DNA from: the human T2T-CHM13v2.0 reference genome, Homo sapiens
Reading direction: 5' to 3' (one strand)
Assembly (NCBI RefSeq): GCF_009914755.1
Contig: NC_060935.1
Length of the DNA stretch: 64,000 bases
Shown: piece by piece, positions 17,051-30,100 of the stretch
Numbering within the stretch: position 1 is the stretch's first letter
Layout: each line of letters opens with the position of its first letter
Notes under the pieces: model-generated
Database searches by the model: none
Told to the model about the DNA's origin: nothing
The model's input: the letters and a program-made list of their open reading frames with translations, nothing else
Position numbers and translations under genes: made by a program

Positions 17051-17285
17051 CTCAGAAAGGGAACTCCCTGATCCCTTGCGCTTCCCAAGTGAGGCAATGC
17101 CTCGCCCTGCTTCGGCTCGCACACGGTGCGCGCACCCACTGACCTGGGCCCACTGTCTGGCACTCCCTAGTGAGATGAACCCGGTACCTCAGATGGAAAT
17201 GCAGAAATCACCGTCTTCTGCGTTGCTCACGCTGGGAGCTGTAGACTGGAGCTGTTCCTATTCGGCCATCTTGGCTCCTCCCTCA

Positions 17286-19679
17286 ACTTTGTCTGTTTTT
17301 ATACTTTTCGTCTTGATATTTATTTTGTCTGATGTAAGCATAGCTACTCTTACTCTCTTTTGGCTTTCATTTGTATAGAGTATCATTTTCCATCTCTTTA
17401 TTTTCATTCTATGTGTGTCTTTAGAGGTGAAGTGTGTTTCTTGTAAGCAATAGATCATTGGGTCTTATTGTTTAATCCATTCTGAATCTTTGGACTGGAA
17501 ACTTTGGTTCATTTATATTTAGTGTTATTATTGATAAGTAAGGACTTACTCTTGCCATTTTGTCATTTGTTTTCTGGTCTTCTCTTCCTTCTTTTGTTCT
17601 TTCCTGTCTTCCTTTTCGTAAAGATAATTTTCTCAAGTTGTATGTTTTAAATTCTTGCTTTTGATTTTTTTGTATATCTGTTGTATGGTTTTTGATTTGA
17701 GGTTATCATGAGGCTTGCAAATAATATCTTATAGTTCAGTATTTTAAACTGATGACAACTTAACACTAATTGTATAAACCAGCAAAAATATAACTAATAA
17801 AAACTGTACATTTTAACCTCATCTCTCCACTTTTTAACTTTTTGTTGTTTATATTTATATCTTATTATACTATGTCTTGAAAAGTTGTTGTAGTTATTAT
17901 TTTTCAAAGGTTCATCTTTTAGTCTTTCTATGCCTTGCATAGAAAGTTTACATACTACAGTTATAGTATTATAATATTCTGTGTTTTTTTTTGTTTACTT
18001 ACTATTACCCCTGAATTGTGTACCTTTGGATTATTTCTTATTGCTCATTAACATCCTTCTTTTTAAGATTGAAGAAATCCATTTAGCATTTATTATAGGA
18101 CAGGTTTGGTGCTTATGTAATCCCACAGCTTTTGTTTGTCTGGGAAAGTCTTTATTTCTCCATGTTTGAAGGGTATTTTCCCTAGATATACTATTCTAGG
18201 ATAATTTTTTTTCCTTCAGCACTTTAAATATGTCACGCTACTCTCTCCTGGTCTTTAAGATTTCCACTGAGAAGTGTGCTGCCAGACATATTGGAGCTCC
18301 TTTGCATGTTGTTTCTTTTTTCTTGTTGCTTTTAGGATCCTGTCTTTATCCTTGTCCTTTCAGATACTGATTACTAAATGCCTTGAGGTAGTCTTATTTG
18401 GGTTAAATCTGCTTGGTGTTTTATAACCTTCTTGTACTTGATATCTTTCTCTAGGTTTGGGAAATTCTCTGTTATTATCCATTTGAATAAACTTTCTACT
18501 CTAATCTCTCTCTCTCTACCTTCTCTTTACAGTCAATAACTCTTTCATTTACCCTTTTGAGGTTATTTTCTAGATCTTGTACGTATGCTTTTCTCTTTTG
18601 TCTCCTCTGACTGTGTATTTTCAAATAGCTTGTCTTCAAACTCACTATTTCTTCAGCTTGATCAATTGTGCTGTTAAGAGACTCTGATGCATTCTTCAGC
18701 ATGTCAATTGCATTTTTTAGTTTCAGAATGTTTGCTTGATTCCACGTAATTATTTCAATGTCTTTGTTAAATTTATTTGATAGGATTCTGAATTCCTTCT
18801 CCATGTTATCCTGGATTTTGATGAGCTTCCTCAAAAGAGCAATTTTAAATTCTTTGTCTGAAAGGTCACATATCTCTGTCTCTCCAGGATTGGTTTGTGG
18901 TGCCTTATTTAGTTTGTTTGGTGAAGTAGTGTTTTTCTGGGTGATCCTGATGCTTACAGATGTTCATCAGTGTCTGGGCATTGAAGAGTTAGGTATTTAT
19001 CATAGTCTTTTTAGTCTGGACTTGTTTGTACCTGTCCTTTTTGGGAAGGCTTTCCAGGTATTCCAAGCAACTTGGTTGTTATGATCTAAGTCTTTGGTCA
19101 CAGCAGCCATATGTGCTTTAGGGGGCACCCCAAGCCCAGTAAACCTGTGGCTCTTGTAGACCCACAGATGTACCAGCTTGGTAGTCTTAGGTAAGATCTA
19201 GAGGAATTCCCTGGATGACCAGGCAGAGACTCTTCTTCTCTTTCCTGACTTCCCCCCCACCCCCCTACCCACCAAATTGAGTCTCTCTCTCTCTCTCTCT
19301 CTTCCTCCATAAGAGCTGACTGAATTCTGCCTGGTGTTGCAACACTAATGACAGGGCAACACTAAGTTCCAATGCAAAGTCTCACAATCACTGTACACTC
19401 CCTCTTCCCCTAGTGCAGATTCTCTCTTCATGCCATATGATCACTGCAGGGGGATAGGAGAGGGCTGGTGTAGGTCATTCAAGACTGTCTTTCCTACCCT
19501 TTTCAGTGCCTCTTTCCTTAATATGATGTTAAAACCAGGTAGTGTGATTGCTCACCCGATTTTGGGTTCTTATGGAGTTGTTTTTTTGTGTGAATAGTTG
19601 TTCAATTTTGTGTTCTTGCGGGGGTGTGAGGACAACTATTGGAAGCTTCTATTCAACTATCTTGCTCTGCTTCCCCTGA

Positions 19680-19680
<1 letters not shown>
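17286..19680 (-). mobile_element. Older L1, 5' portion (ORF2 start, ORF1, 5' region); continuation of 8701-11266
   Basis: ORF 17258-17458 (CLQETHFTSKDTHRMKIKRWK) is L1 endonuclease; ORF 18496-18834 is ORF1-like coiled coil. Confidence 0.8.
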
Positions 19681-20413
<733 letters not shown>

Positions 20414-22521
20414 ACTTTATTTTTTATACGAAGTTTAAGTGTCTGTTTTCTTTAATATGTGACAGTGTTGCCATGTACATGTAAGGATGATACAGTTTTA
20501 CGCTGTTTTTTCTTTGTTGAAACTGAGGGCTGTTATTGTCTTGGGTGGATTGAGATATGCATCCCATATGTGCAGCTGCTCAGGTTAAAGTCAGAGTCTT
20601 GGACTCTAGTAAAAAGCTTTTTTCTGTGAAAACCTAAGGATGACCTTGATTGACAACCCTTAGTACTTGCTTAAAACTAACTTATATAAGTTCATGAAGC
20701 AATATATTCTAGCTAACATAGAATATGTTCAGATTGAAGTTAAATAAGATTGTATTTCTATGTCTCTGCCTTGTGTTACCAAGAGACTGAAATAAAATAC
20801 TGAAATACCTGGTTTCTTAGAAAAGAACATATTTTGGGCTCATTAAAAATACTTTTTATTTTCTGTTTGGTGATAGTCAACCATCAGTTATTTCTGCACT
20901 TGAACCAGATGTTAGCTTTCAGGAGAGTCAAAATTTGCTTCATTTTAGGATTACATTCATACTGCCTTCTTCTACAAAAGAAATAGAAAAAACCTAGAAA
21001 TAAAAGAAACTAGATAATGATTTTTCACATGAACTCTTGAAAATATCATATTTTTGTGTACACAGTTTACTGTCTTATCTATGTAACACTAAATGTGTAA
21101 TTTTATGATAGTGAAATGAGGAAATTGAATGGTCTTTACCTTTATTTTTCAAAACAGGTCAATTTTTTTTACTAATTCCGGGGAGGTCATCAATGATTTT
21201 GGGATAACCTGCATCCACGGACTGCATATTTTCATCATACCTGGTAACAAAAAATAACTAAAAATATCACATTGTGGTTAATATAAAAACAATAAAAAAC
21301 ACTTAACTTTCATGTAGAACTTTCCATGTACTAATCACTGTCCTAAGTGCTTTTCATATGAAAATTCATTTAATTCTCACAACAAATCTGAGAGGTAGGT
21401 ACTGTCTGTGCCTCAATTTTGCAAAACCCCGATGGCTGCTTTTAAAAATTATGGGTGGGTACATTGTTGGCATGAAACTATTAAGAAATTTTAACTGGGA
21501 GGGAGAGTGGGGCAAACTAGACAAACTCTAAGTTATTCTCAACCATAAAAATCTGATTCAAATTTTCCCTTGGGCTCCATGTTCCGTCCTATCAAGGAGA
21601 AATGCTTCATTTTCTCCTTTTTGGATGCCTCTAGTCCCCTTTGTGTGTTCTGCTCTTTATCTCCTTTTCAAATGCAAGCCAACAAGTTCCTTGCCTTGCT
21701 AGGCAGCAGTGTGATAACAGGTAGGGGACTGAATGGCTGTGGGCCTGGCTGCATTCATTCTCAGAAAAAAGGAAAGTTTCAGTGAAATTTGAGAAAAATT
21801 TTAAAAGGCAACTCTCCTTCCACCAGAGTGATCTGATTTCCCAAGTTTTCTGAGGGTAGGTCTTTACCTCCAATACTCATTGGCAACAAAGAAATGTGTC
21901 TTTCCAGTGTCCTTCTCATAAATGGCAGCATCAATTTTCTTCACCCTTTCAGGGAAGACAAAGGAGCTGTAGACGTCCCTGGGGTAGCCACTCAGCAGTT
22001 GATCCTCCTGAACGACCCAGTGCTTACTGCCTGTCAACAAAAAATCGGCCATGAAAAGATTTGCCTGGAGTCTAGTAGATATTAGACAGAATTTCCTCCA
22101 GACATTTGCTTCACGAGAAGTGGATGGAGAGTTTTATTCCAATGTAAGGTGCACTCGAGAAGACCTTTCTTCTTAGTATAATTGGGTTACTTCTCAAGCT
22201 GCACAGGTGTGTGTGTGTGTGGTGGGCACCCTGCAGGACTACAAGGGTGGGAGGCAGATGGACACCTTCTGCAGAAGACATATCTGAGCTTTCGACCAGG
22301 CTGACTCCAGACAAAGGATTCTGTATTTGTTCATTTGGTTACTCCAGAATGTCAGTTCATCTTACATCATGAAGCCAGAGTATCTCTGCACAAATAGAAG
22401 TTACCACCTCATAGAAAGGCAGTTTGAAACTTCATATTTTTAAAAATCCTCCTTATTGGCAAGATATACACCTTATGCTAGTATGCTTCAAGATTCTTTG
22501 CTTATTTAAACCAGTTTTTAA

Positions 22522-22790
22522 TTTTTTTTTAAATTTTCTTGAGACAGAGTCTCGCTCTGTCCCCTAGGCTGGAGTGCAGTGGTGCGATCTTGGCTCACTG
22601 CAACGTCTGCCTCCTGGTTCAAGTGATTTTCGTGCCTCAGCCTCCCAAGTTGAGTAGCTGGGACCACAGTCACACGCCACCATGCCCAGCTAATTTTGTA
22701 TTTTTAGTAGAGACAGGGTTTCACCATGTTGGCCAGGCTGGGCTTGAACTCCTGGCCTAAAAGTGATCCACCCACCTCAGCCTCTCAAAT
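22522..22790 (-). mobile_element. AluS, 5'-truncated, inside the MMP pseudogene
   Basis: gagacagagtctcgctctgt..gtgatccacccacctcagcctc. Confidence 0.9.
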
Positions 22791-24319
22791 AAACTCCTTT
22801 AAGTTACTTATTTTGCACTGTGATAGGGTCTAGTGTCCTTACATTTTATGCATGCAAAATCCAAAAACCTGAATATTTTCAAAGCACTGAATAGTTGACA
22901 AATGTACATAATGATATGATATTAAACATTCTAGTAAAAATTTTAGAGTAATGTATTTTTGTCAGTAAAATTACACAGCTTGAAGAAATATTATTCTCTT
23001 ACATTTTTATGAAATGAGACAAAATAGTTACCTTTTTAAAGTAATTTATAGTGTCAACAGTTTATATTTATTAAAGTATTTATACTAATAAAGTCAAAAT
23101 TGGTTCATTTTACTGAAAGCATTCTTTCAGATAAAACAAAAAAAATTCTATAAGCTATGGGAAGGAAAAATAAAAGAGGCAGTGAAGGAATTAGCTGACT
23201 CACTTCTGAAATCCTTGGTCCTTGTTTCATCATTATCAAAATGAACATCTCCTCCGATACCTGGTCCAGGTGGGAATGCATGAGCAAGACAACCATCATG
23301 TCCATAAAAGGGAGAATTGTCATGGAGATCTGCAAGAAAAAGAATTCAACAAAGATATACCCTTGTTTTATTCAGCCTTACCCAGGTGAGACAAAAGAGC
23401 TATAGCAAGGAGCCAAAAGACACACTTCATCTGTGAGGCTTTCCTCCATCAGCAATTCTGATGGAGCAGATCCCAGGGTAGCAGGAGGGAACGTTCAGAA
23501 TGGTTTTGGGAGAGAAGAGCTTACCTCCTCACACAAAGGATAATATTATGTCCCCTTCACTCTCAAAGTCCCTGGTGAAGGTCAGGGCCAAGGCGTTACT
23601 CCAGAGTTCAAAGGCTTTCCCAGTGGCACGGTCCACATCCTCTTGAGGCAGATTTGGCATGTAGTTTTGATCCTTAAAATGATAAAGGAGAGAACAGAGA
23701 CACAGAGAACCTCATTTCTTCCCACTGTGGTGGGAAACAGCTGTCTCTCACTCTGGTGCGCAGTCTTATTACCTGTGGGTCAGATTTGTTTGCTCCCAAC
23801 AAGGGCTCTCTTGAGTGAGGATGAGGGAAGCCACATCAGGCACCCCACATCTGGGCTGCTTCATCAAATTCGATCTGGCTTCCCAGTTACCTTCAGCCCA
23901 AAGAAATTCTGCATTTGCTTCAGCTTCTCAAGCACTGGGCTACTGTCTCTCTGCCTTCCAATTTGATTGATTTCACTCTTCAAGTTGTAGTAGCAGTTTT
24001 CTAGGTATTTCTTATAAAGAAAAGAATACTAAAATAGTAGAAGTAAAGTCTTTCTCAGTTTTCTGAAAAATTGCAGCATTTCACTATTGTAACAATATAG
24101 CCCTTTTCCTTAATAATTGAATGAGAAGAGGGAAAAAATCTGTCTGCTTCTGTAGTGATCTCGTAGCCCTTATTATGTTTAGCAGTGGTGCAGAAATGTT
24201 ACTGTGGTAGAAGAACCCATGCCATTGTTAAGTCTAGCTTTACTCTTGAGGTCAGAATCACAGTTAGTACAGCCAGTCTATGTGTTGCTTGCTCCTTTGG
24301 TTCCCTCTAGCTTTACCTT

Positions 24320-24483
24320 CTTTTTTCTTTTTTTCTTTTTTTGATACAGTGTCTTGCTCCGTTGCCCAGGCTGGTGTCCAGTGGTGCAATCATAGCTCAC
24401 TGCAACCTCAAACCCTGGACTCAAGCGATCCACCTCAGCCTTCCAAAGTGCTGTGATTACTGGTATAAGCCACTGCACCCAGT
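24320..24483 (-). mobile_element. Alu monomer (FRAM/FAM-like) in pseudogene intron 1
   Basis: Single-arm Alu with polyT. Confidence 0.8.
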
Positions 24484-24763
24484 GATATATTTTTGTTTTT
24501 TTTTTTTTTAAATGAGGGGACCTGTTCCTGACAAACTACTTGTTTCCTAAATGAATCCCAAACTTGCTTGAATTCCTACCTCTTGACCTTTGAAAAATGG
24601 GAACACGCTGCTCTTGCATTACTGGCAGCTGCAATGCAGCATTTACCTGGACTATCTCTGCATCTTGTTCTTGTGTTTCTGGAGTCACTGGGAAGCTGTG
24701 CAACCCCACACCCCAGAGCAGCACCAGCAGCAAAAAAAAAAAAAAAAAAAAAAGCCTGGACAT

Positions 24764-24919
24764 GCTGGCCTTTGTCTTCCTTCTCAGTGCAAGGCAAGTG
24801 ATGGCTCCCTACCTGACTGCTGTTCCAGTGTCTCAGCCCACAGGCTCCCTCTTTATGTAGGGTCCTGGCACTCCCAGAAAACAACAAAATGCTATTTGAT
24901 TCACCTAGGGAGACATCCT
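24764..24919 (-). promoter_or_regulatory. MMP1-type 5'UTR and promoter of the pseudogene (ETS/PEA3 - AP-1-like - TATA-like)
   Basis: On minus: AGGATG at 24914-24919, TGAATCA at 24897-24903, TACATAAA at 24852-24859, then GCCATCACTTGCCTTGCACTGAGAAGGAAGACAAAGGCCAGC-ATG, close to the MMP1 5'UTR as I recall it. Confidence 0.75.
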
Positions 24920-25734
24920 CTTCATTCGCAATGTGCAGTCTCAATATTCATCAGAAATTGTGACATAATGGAAGTTAACCAGTTGCTTTTGCAAACTCAT
25001 GATTATCATCAATAAGGCCATCAACAATGAAACACACCCCATCGTACACAGTTAAGCAAAGCTGTAAAGCATGGCTAAGTCAGCCATAAAAATATCTGGG
25101 GGAAAAGTGCTCCTGTCCAAGGAAACGACTTGTGCAAAGTGTTGGGGAGTAAACGAGCACACATTCAAGAAATAGCACACCAAGACCAATGTGGCTGGAG
25201 CAGAGTGGGCAAAGGGAAGAATAGTAGGGGACAAGGTGAGTGATTGCAAAGACAGAGGCAGATGAGAGGGAGAGCTTGTAGAGCATTGCAGGGATTCTAG
25301 TTTTGCTAGGAGTGATATAGAGAGTTATTGTCCTGACGTCCCCTGGTCTCTTGCTTCTTGTTAGGACTACTACCTTCCAGGACTGCCACTTAGGCAGGGT
25401 CTTATGGCAACACAAGAGAGAGAAAAAGGGCAAAAGTAAAATGTGCTTCCCAAAGCCCGTCGCCAGTCAAAGGAACCTGGGTCTCCTCCATAAGATGTTA
25501 TTTCCTGCACTGCACTTGTTGAGTCTGCTAAAACACACAATACACTATAATACTACAATATTTTCTTTGTTAAGATAATCTTGGCTTTTGTTAGTGTGCA
25601 TCACAAAGCTAAATAAAATGAAACAAACTTATTAGCTGAATCATTTTTCAGTGAAAGTTAATGACTGTGAAAGTTCTACGTGAGAAGCATATTTCTGAGA
25701 GGACATTGACAGCAATCAGTTGTTCTGTTATGAA

Positions 25735-26395
25735 GCTGGGTCAGTACCTACTCATCTTTGTGACCACTGAACCCTTTGAAATGTGGCTAATCTGTATAAG
25801 GTGTGCCACAAGTGTAAACTATGCACCAAATTTTGAAAACTAAGTATTTTTTTAAAATGAAAAATATCTCATTTATGATTTTTAAATATTGGTAGCCCAT
25901 GCTAAAATGATATTTTAAATATATTAGGTTGCATAAAATATATTATTAAAATTAGTCTGTCTTGTTTTCTTTTTACTTTTAAAAATGTGGCAACTAGAAA
26001 ATTTAAATTTCTACATGAGGCTCTTTCCTCCTCTCATCTCCTCTCGTCTCCTCTCCCCTCCTCTCCTCTCCTCTCCTCCCCTCTCCTCTCCTGTCTGTCT
26101 CCCTCTGCCACCCAGCCTGGAATTAATGGCATGATCACAGCTCACTGCTGCCTTGAACTCCTGAGCACAAGTGATCCTTCTGCCTCTGTCTCCCAAGTAG
26201 TTAGGACTATAGGTGCACACCACCAAGCCCAGGTAACTTTTTTTTTGTAGAGATGGAGTCTTACTATGTTGCCCAGGCTAGTCTTGAACTCCTGGGCTCA
26301 AGTGATCCTCCAGCCTCGGCCTCCCAAAGGGTTGGGATTACAGGCGTGAGCCATTACACTCAGTCTTTTTATTACATTTCTATTGGACACTGTTG
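25735..26395 (-). mobile_element. MER33 (hAT-Charlie) interrupted by an AluJ (about 26020-26365, with a (CTCCT)n tail)
   Basis: ttgaaatgtggcta..aatgtggcaactagaaaatttaaatt..catttctattggaca matches MER33; the Alu lies between the two parts. Confidence 0.75.
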
Positions 26396-26683
26396 ACCTA
26401 ATGATCTACATGATTAAAAGATGGGTCAGTTAGCCAGACATTTCATCAGCTATTGATTACTTAGGGCCTACTATTTACAGAACACTGTACTAGGCATTGC
26501 AAATGATTAAAGCAGCTATGCCCCACACAAGAACATGGCCTCTGCTGTCATCTTGACATCATCTATGTGGAAGATGAAACATACGCATCCAGTAATTTAG
26601 CAGCAGGTATCTCAAAGAAGAAGGTGTGGAGATGAGTCTTTGTTCTGGTGCCCCCAAGAGACTTCCTTTTGATATTACTCTAA

Positions 26684-26931
<248 letters not shown>

Positions 26932-27199
26932 TAACTGATACTAATATATCTGCAGGAAAAATGAATTCTGTTGCCCTAAGTGACCCAATTGGTTTTTTTT
27001 CCATTATGTTTTTTCTGTGTGTGTGTGAGTGCCATAATAAAGATCTCTGCCGTTCTTTCTGTTAAGGATGAGCTTCATTTCATTTTCCCGGAAGTGGTGG
27101 GAAAGGTCTTCCATGTAGATTCTACGCATCGTATCGACCCTGCTTAGCCTTCTACCTTGTGGGATATTATTTGTTCTTTGCTTACTTGGTTGCCTCTCC

Positions 27200-27500
27200 T
27201 GTGTATATTTAGCTTATAACAAACCACTGCAGATTTAGTGTCTCAAAACAATAATAATTAACAGGATTCTATTACTGGATCTCAGCTGAACAATTTGGTT
27301 GTTTGGAATATCTTTTTTGGCGGCAGTCAGATCGTGACTGGGGCTAGAACACCCAAGATGTTCTGGCTTCATCACAGGTCTGGTGCTTTGGTGGAGAAGA
27401 TTGGAAGGCTGGGATCAGCAGGGATACCAGGGTCTCCCTCTCTCTCTCTTCATGAAGTCTCAGAGCTTCCTCCTCTTCAGTAGAGTAGCCAGATTTTTTT
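27200..27500 (-). mobile_element. MLT1-family LTR fragment
   Basis: ataacaaaccac..atttagtg..aaaacaata..ggaaggctggg..agagtagccaga. Confidence 0.5.
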
Positions 27501-29524
27501 CTTTACTACATTTAGTAATACTTTCTCCATGAATGCTTGAACACATTTAATCCAGGGGACTAGGCTGTATTTATCCATTCATATATGTCTTCCTCCATTC
27601 AACAAATATTTTCTTAATATTTCCAGTCACTTAGGCTGGAGAAAGGAAAAATAGGCCAGCAAATTATTCATGCATGGTACCTTTAATTTGTGCTGTAAGA
27701 GATTCATACAAAGTGCTGCAATTACACAGAAGACAGTGACCTTATGTACGATAGAGATGTGTGTACAAACTTCCAACACATGATGGATAAGAACACATTC
27801 TCCTCTCTCAATTTAATTTTTAACCACAACTTCCCCATCTAAATGGAGTATCACACTAATGCAAACAGAAAAGGGGAAGTGAATGAATTTCTCAGGAAAA
27901 CCCAAATTCTCTCTTTCCCACAGGACTTCTGATGCCTGCAGAGGCAAGGGAAATAAGAAAAGGAGGCATTTTCTAGGACAAATGGAATATAGGTCATCTT
28001 TTCCCAGCCAAAATGAGGCTGGAACTCCCCGACCACCATAGGGTGCATACACTAGCTGTGGAGAAGCCATCCCCTCAGTGCTCCTGGTGCTTCCTGCCAG
28101 GAATCCCCTAGTTCACTCAGTAGCCTCAGAAACAGGAAAGGGGAACTCCTGAAAAACTGAGGAAACCACCATTGTGATAACTGGGATTGAGCAACAAATT
28201 ACACATGATGTCATCTTCATGAAGACTCATACAATAAGAAATCTGGTGGTTATTCAGTATAGTGCTTGACAACAATTATGTCATAATACTGAATGCTTTA
28301 CTGAAAGAGCAATCTGTGTGTATGTCCAGCAAACAGATCAAATTTGCAAACAGATAAAAAAGCAAAGCATGATAGTAGTGCTTAAAGTAGAAGCACTGAA
28401 CTCTAGAGACTCACCTTCATCCTACTACCTCTCTCTTTGTCCCCTCTAACATAACCCCCAAATACCATGGAAGAATGCAGCAAGTTTAAAAATCACCAAT
28501 CTAATAGAAACCTCTCACTTGTCAAATGAGAAAACTTAGAGACATGGGCCTTCCATCACTTGTTCCAGATCATGCATCTAGTGAAGAGCACTAGAATTAG
28601 AGCTGTTGCTTTCTATTTCCAAGTCTAAGCCTACTACACTAAGAATTTCATTTCATGTCAATGAATCTAACATGGATTAGATTTTGTTTTCTGTCAAACA
28701 TCATATTGTTTAACTTATTGGAATTCTGTGGTATTTTGTAGCTTTCTTAAAGGACTTCTCATATTTTGCCTTATGCTTGACTATTTGTCTTCCTTTATGT
28801 ATGAAATTTTTTTTATAGGGTAGAGATATACTGTTATAGACATGTGTTTTATAAATTGCACTAATACAACAGTAATCATTATTTCCCTGACATCAAAAAC
28901 TTACACTGTGATCAGGTATTATATGGAATAAAAGGTAAACAGAGATACTCAGAGAAATGCAGCCCATGTCCTTGGTGTGTGAGAGGGGAGAATGTGTTCT
29001 TATCCATCATGTGTTGGAGGTCTATACACGCATCGCTATTGTACACAAGGTAATGTTTGGGTCACTGGTTGGAGAACAGAGACTTCTTGCTCTAAAAGAA
29101 AGAATATAAAGAAAGCTATTAAAAATATAAAACAGCATGTTGCAAACTCCAAATGGCTGGCATTCTAAATTGCTACCCTGAAAATTCTTAAAAACTGTAT
29201 AATCATGGTCTTATGGAATGCTGAATGGGAGACAGAACTTGAAGGTATGATTTTGGGTATGAGGTAGATAGAGATTTAGCAGGTAGAGACTGGAAATCCA
29301 ACCCTACTTCTAACTGGGTATGAAGACTAAAGTTAGTTCTGTTCTCTTGACTAGAAAATTATAATAATAGTAATAAAATTCCCCCCAATCCCAAAATGGT
29401 TTTCAGAAGAATTAAACAAAATTATATATATAACATATATCTACTTTGGTGTTTGTTACAGAGTATTTCATGATTGCTGTTTTTTTCTTAGAGTTAAAAG
29501 ATACCTTTAAAAATCTCTAATTAT

Positions 29525-29822
<298 letters not shown>

Positions 29823-29829
29823 CTAATTA

Positions 29830-30100
29830 TAATTGTTGTAAAGATACAGTTAGAAGGAATAAGATCTAGTTTTTGATAGTACAGTAGGATGACTATGATT
29901 GACAATAATTTGTGGTATAGTTCAAAATAGCTAGAAGAGAAGAATTAGAATGTTCACAACATAAAGAAGGGGTGAATGTTTGGAGTGATGAATATCCCAA
30001 TTGCCCTGGTATAATAAACATTACACATTGTATCCATGTGTCAAAATATCACATATACCCCCAAAATATGGACCACTGCTCTGTAACAGTAAAACAAACA
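29830..30100 (+). mobile_element. L1MA 3' end fragment
   Basis: gttagaaggaataagatctag..caaaatagctagaagaga..aatatcacatataccccc. Confidence 0.75.

Larger units (their letters stand above)
20884..24763 (-). pseudogene. Unprocessed (duplicated) MMP1-like pseudogene; exons 1-4 and 8-10 present, exons 5-7 absent
   Basis: Exon remnants with AG/GT ends: 24647-24763 (MSRLF6LLLVLLWGVGLHSFPVTPETQEQDAEIVQ); 23773-24010 (KYLENCYYNL...PRCGVPD; frameshift giving TGA at 23864-23866); 23525-23672 (1-nt deletion, TGA at 23529-23531); 23204-23329 ([29 protein letters not shown]); 21868-22030; 21140-21240 (TGA at 21159-21161); 20884-20993 (FFYFF...IWFKCRNN*). Exon 8 and 10 lengths (163, 110) equal MMP1's in this window, not MMP10's (160, 101). 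Confidence 0.93.

Noticed and set aside
23025-23050. Possible exon 7 donor remnant (..TTTAAAAAG|GTAAC) in the pseudogene
   Set aside because: The upstream sequence is AT-rich with no hemopexin-like translation; likely a chance match.
20884-24763. Functional new MMP gene
   Set aside because: Frameshift plus stop in exon 2, frameshift and stop in exon 3, stop in exon 9, and no zinc-binding exon.
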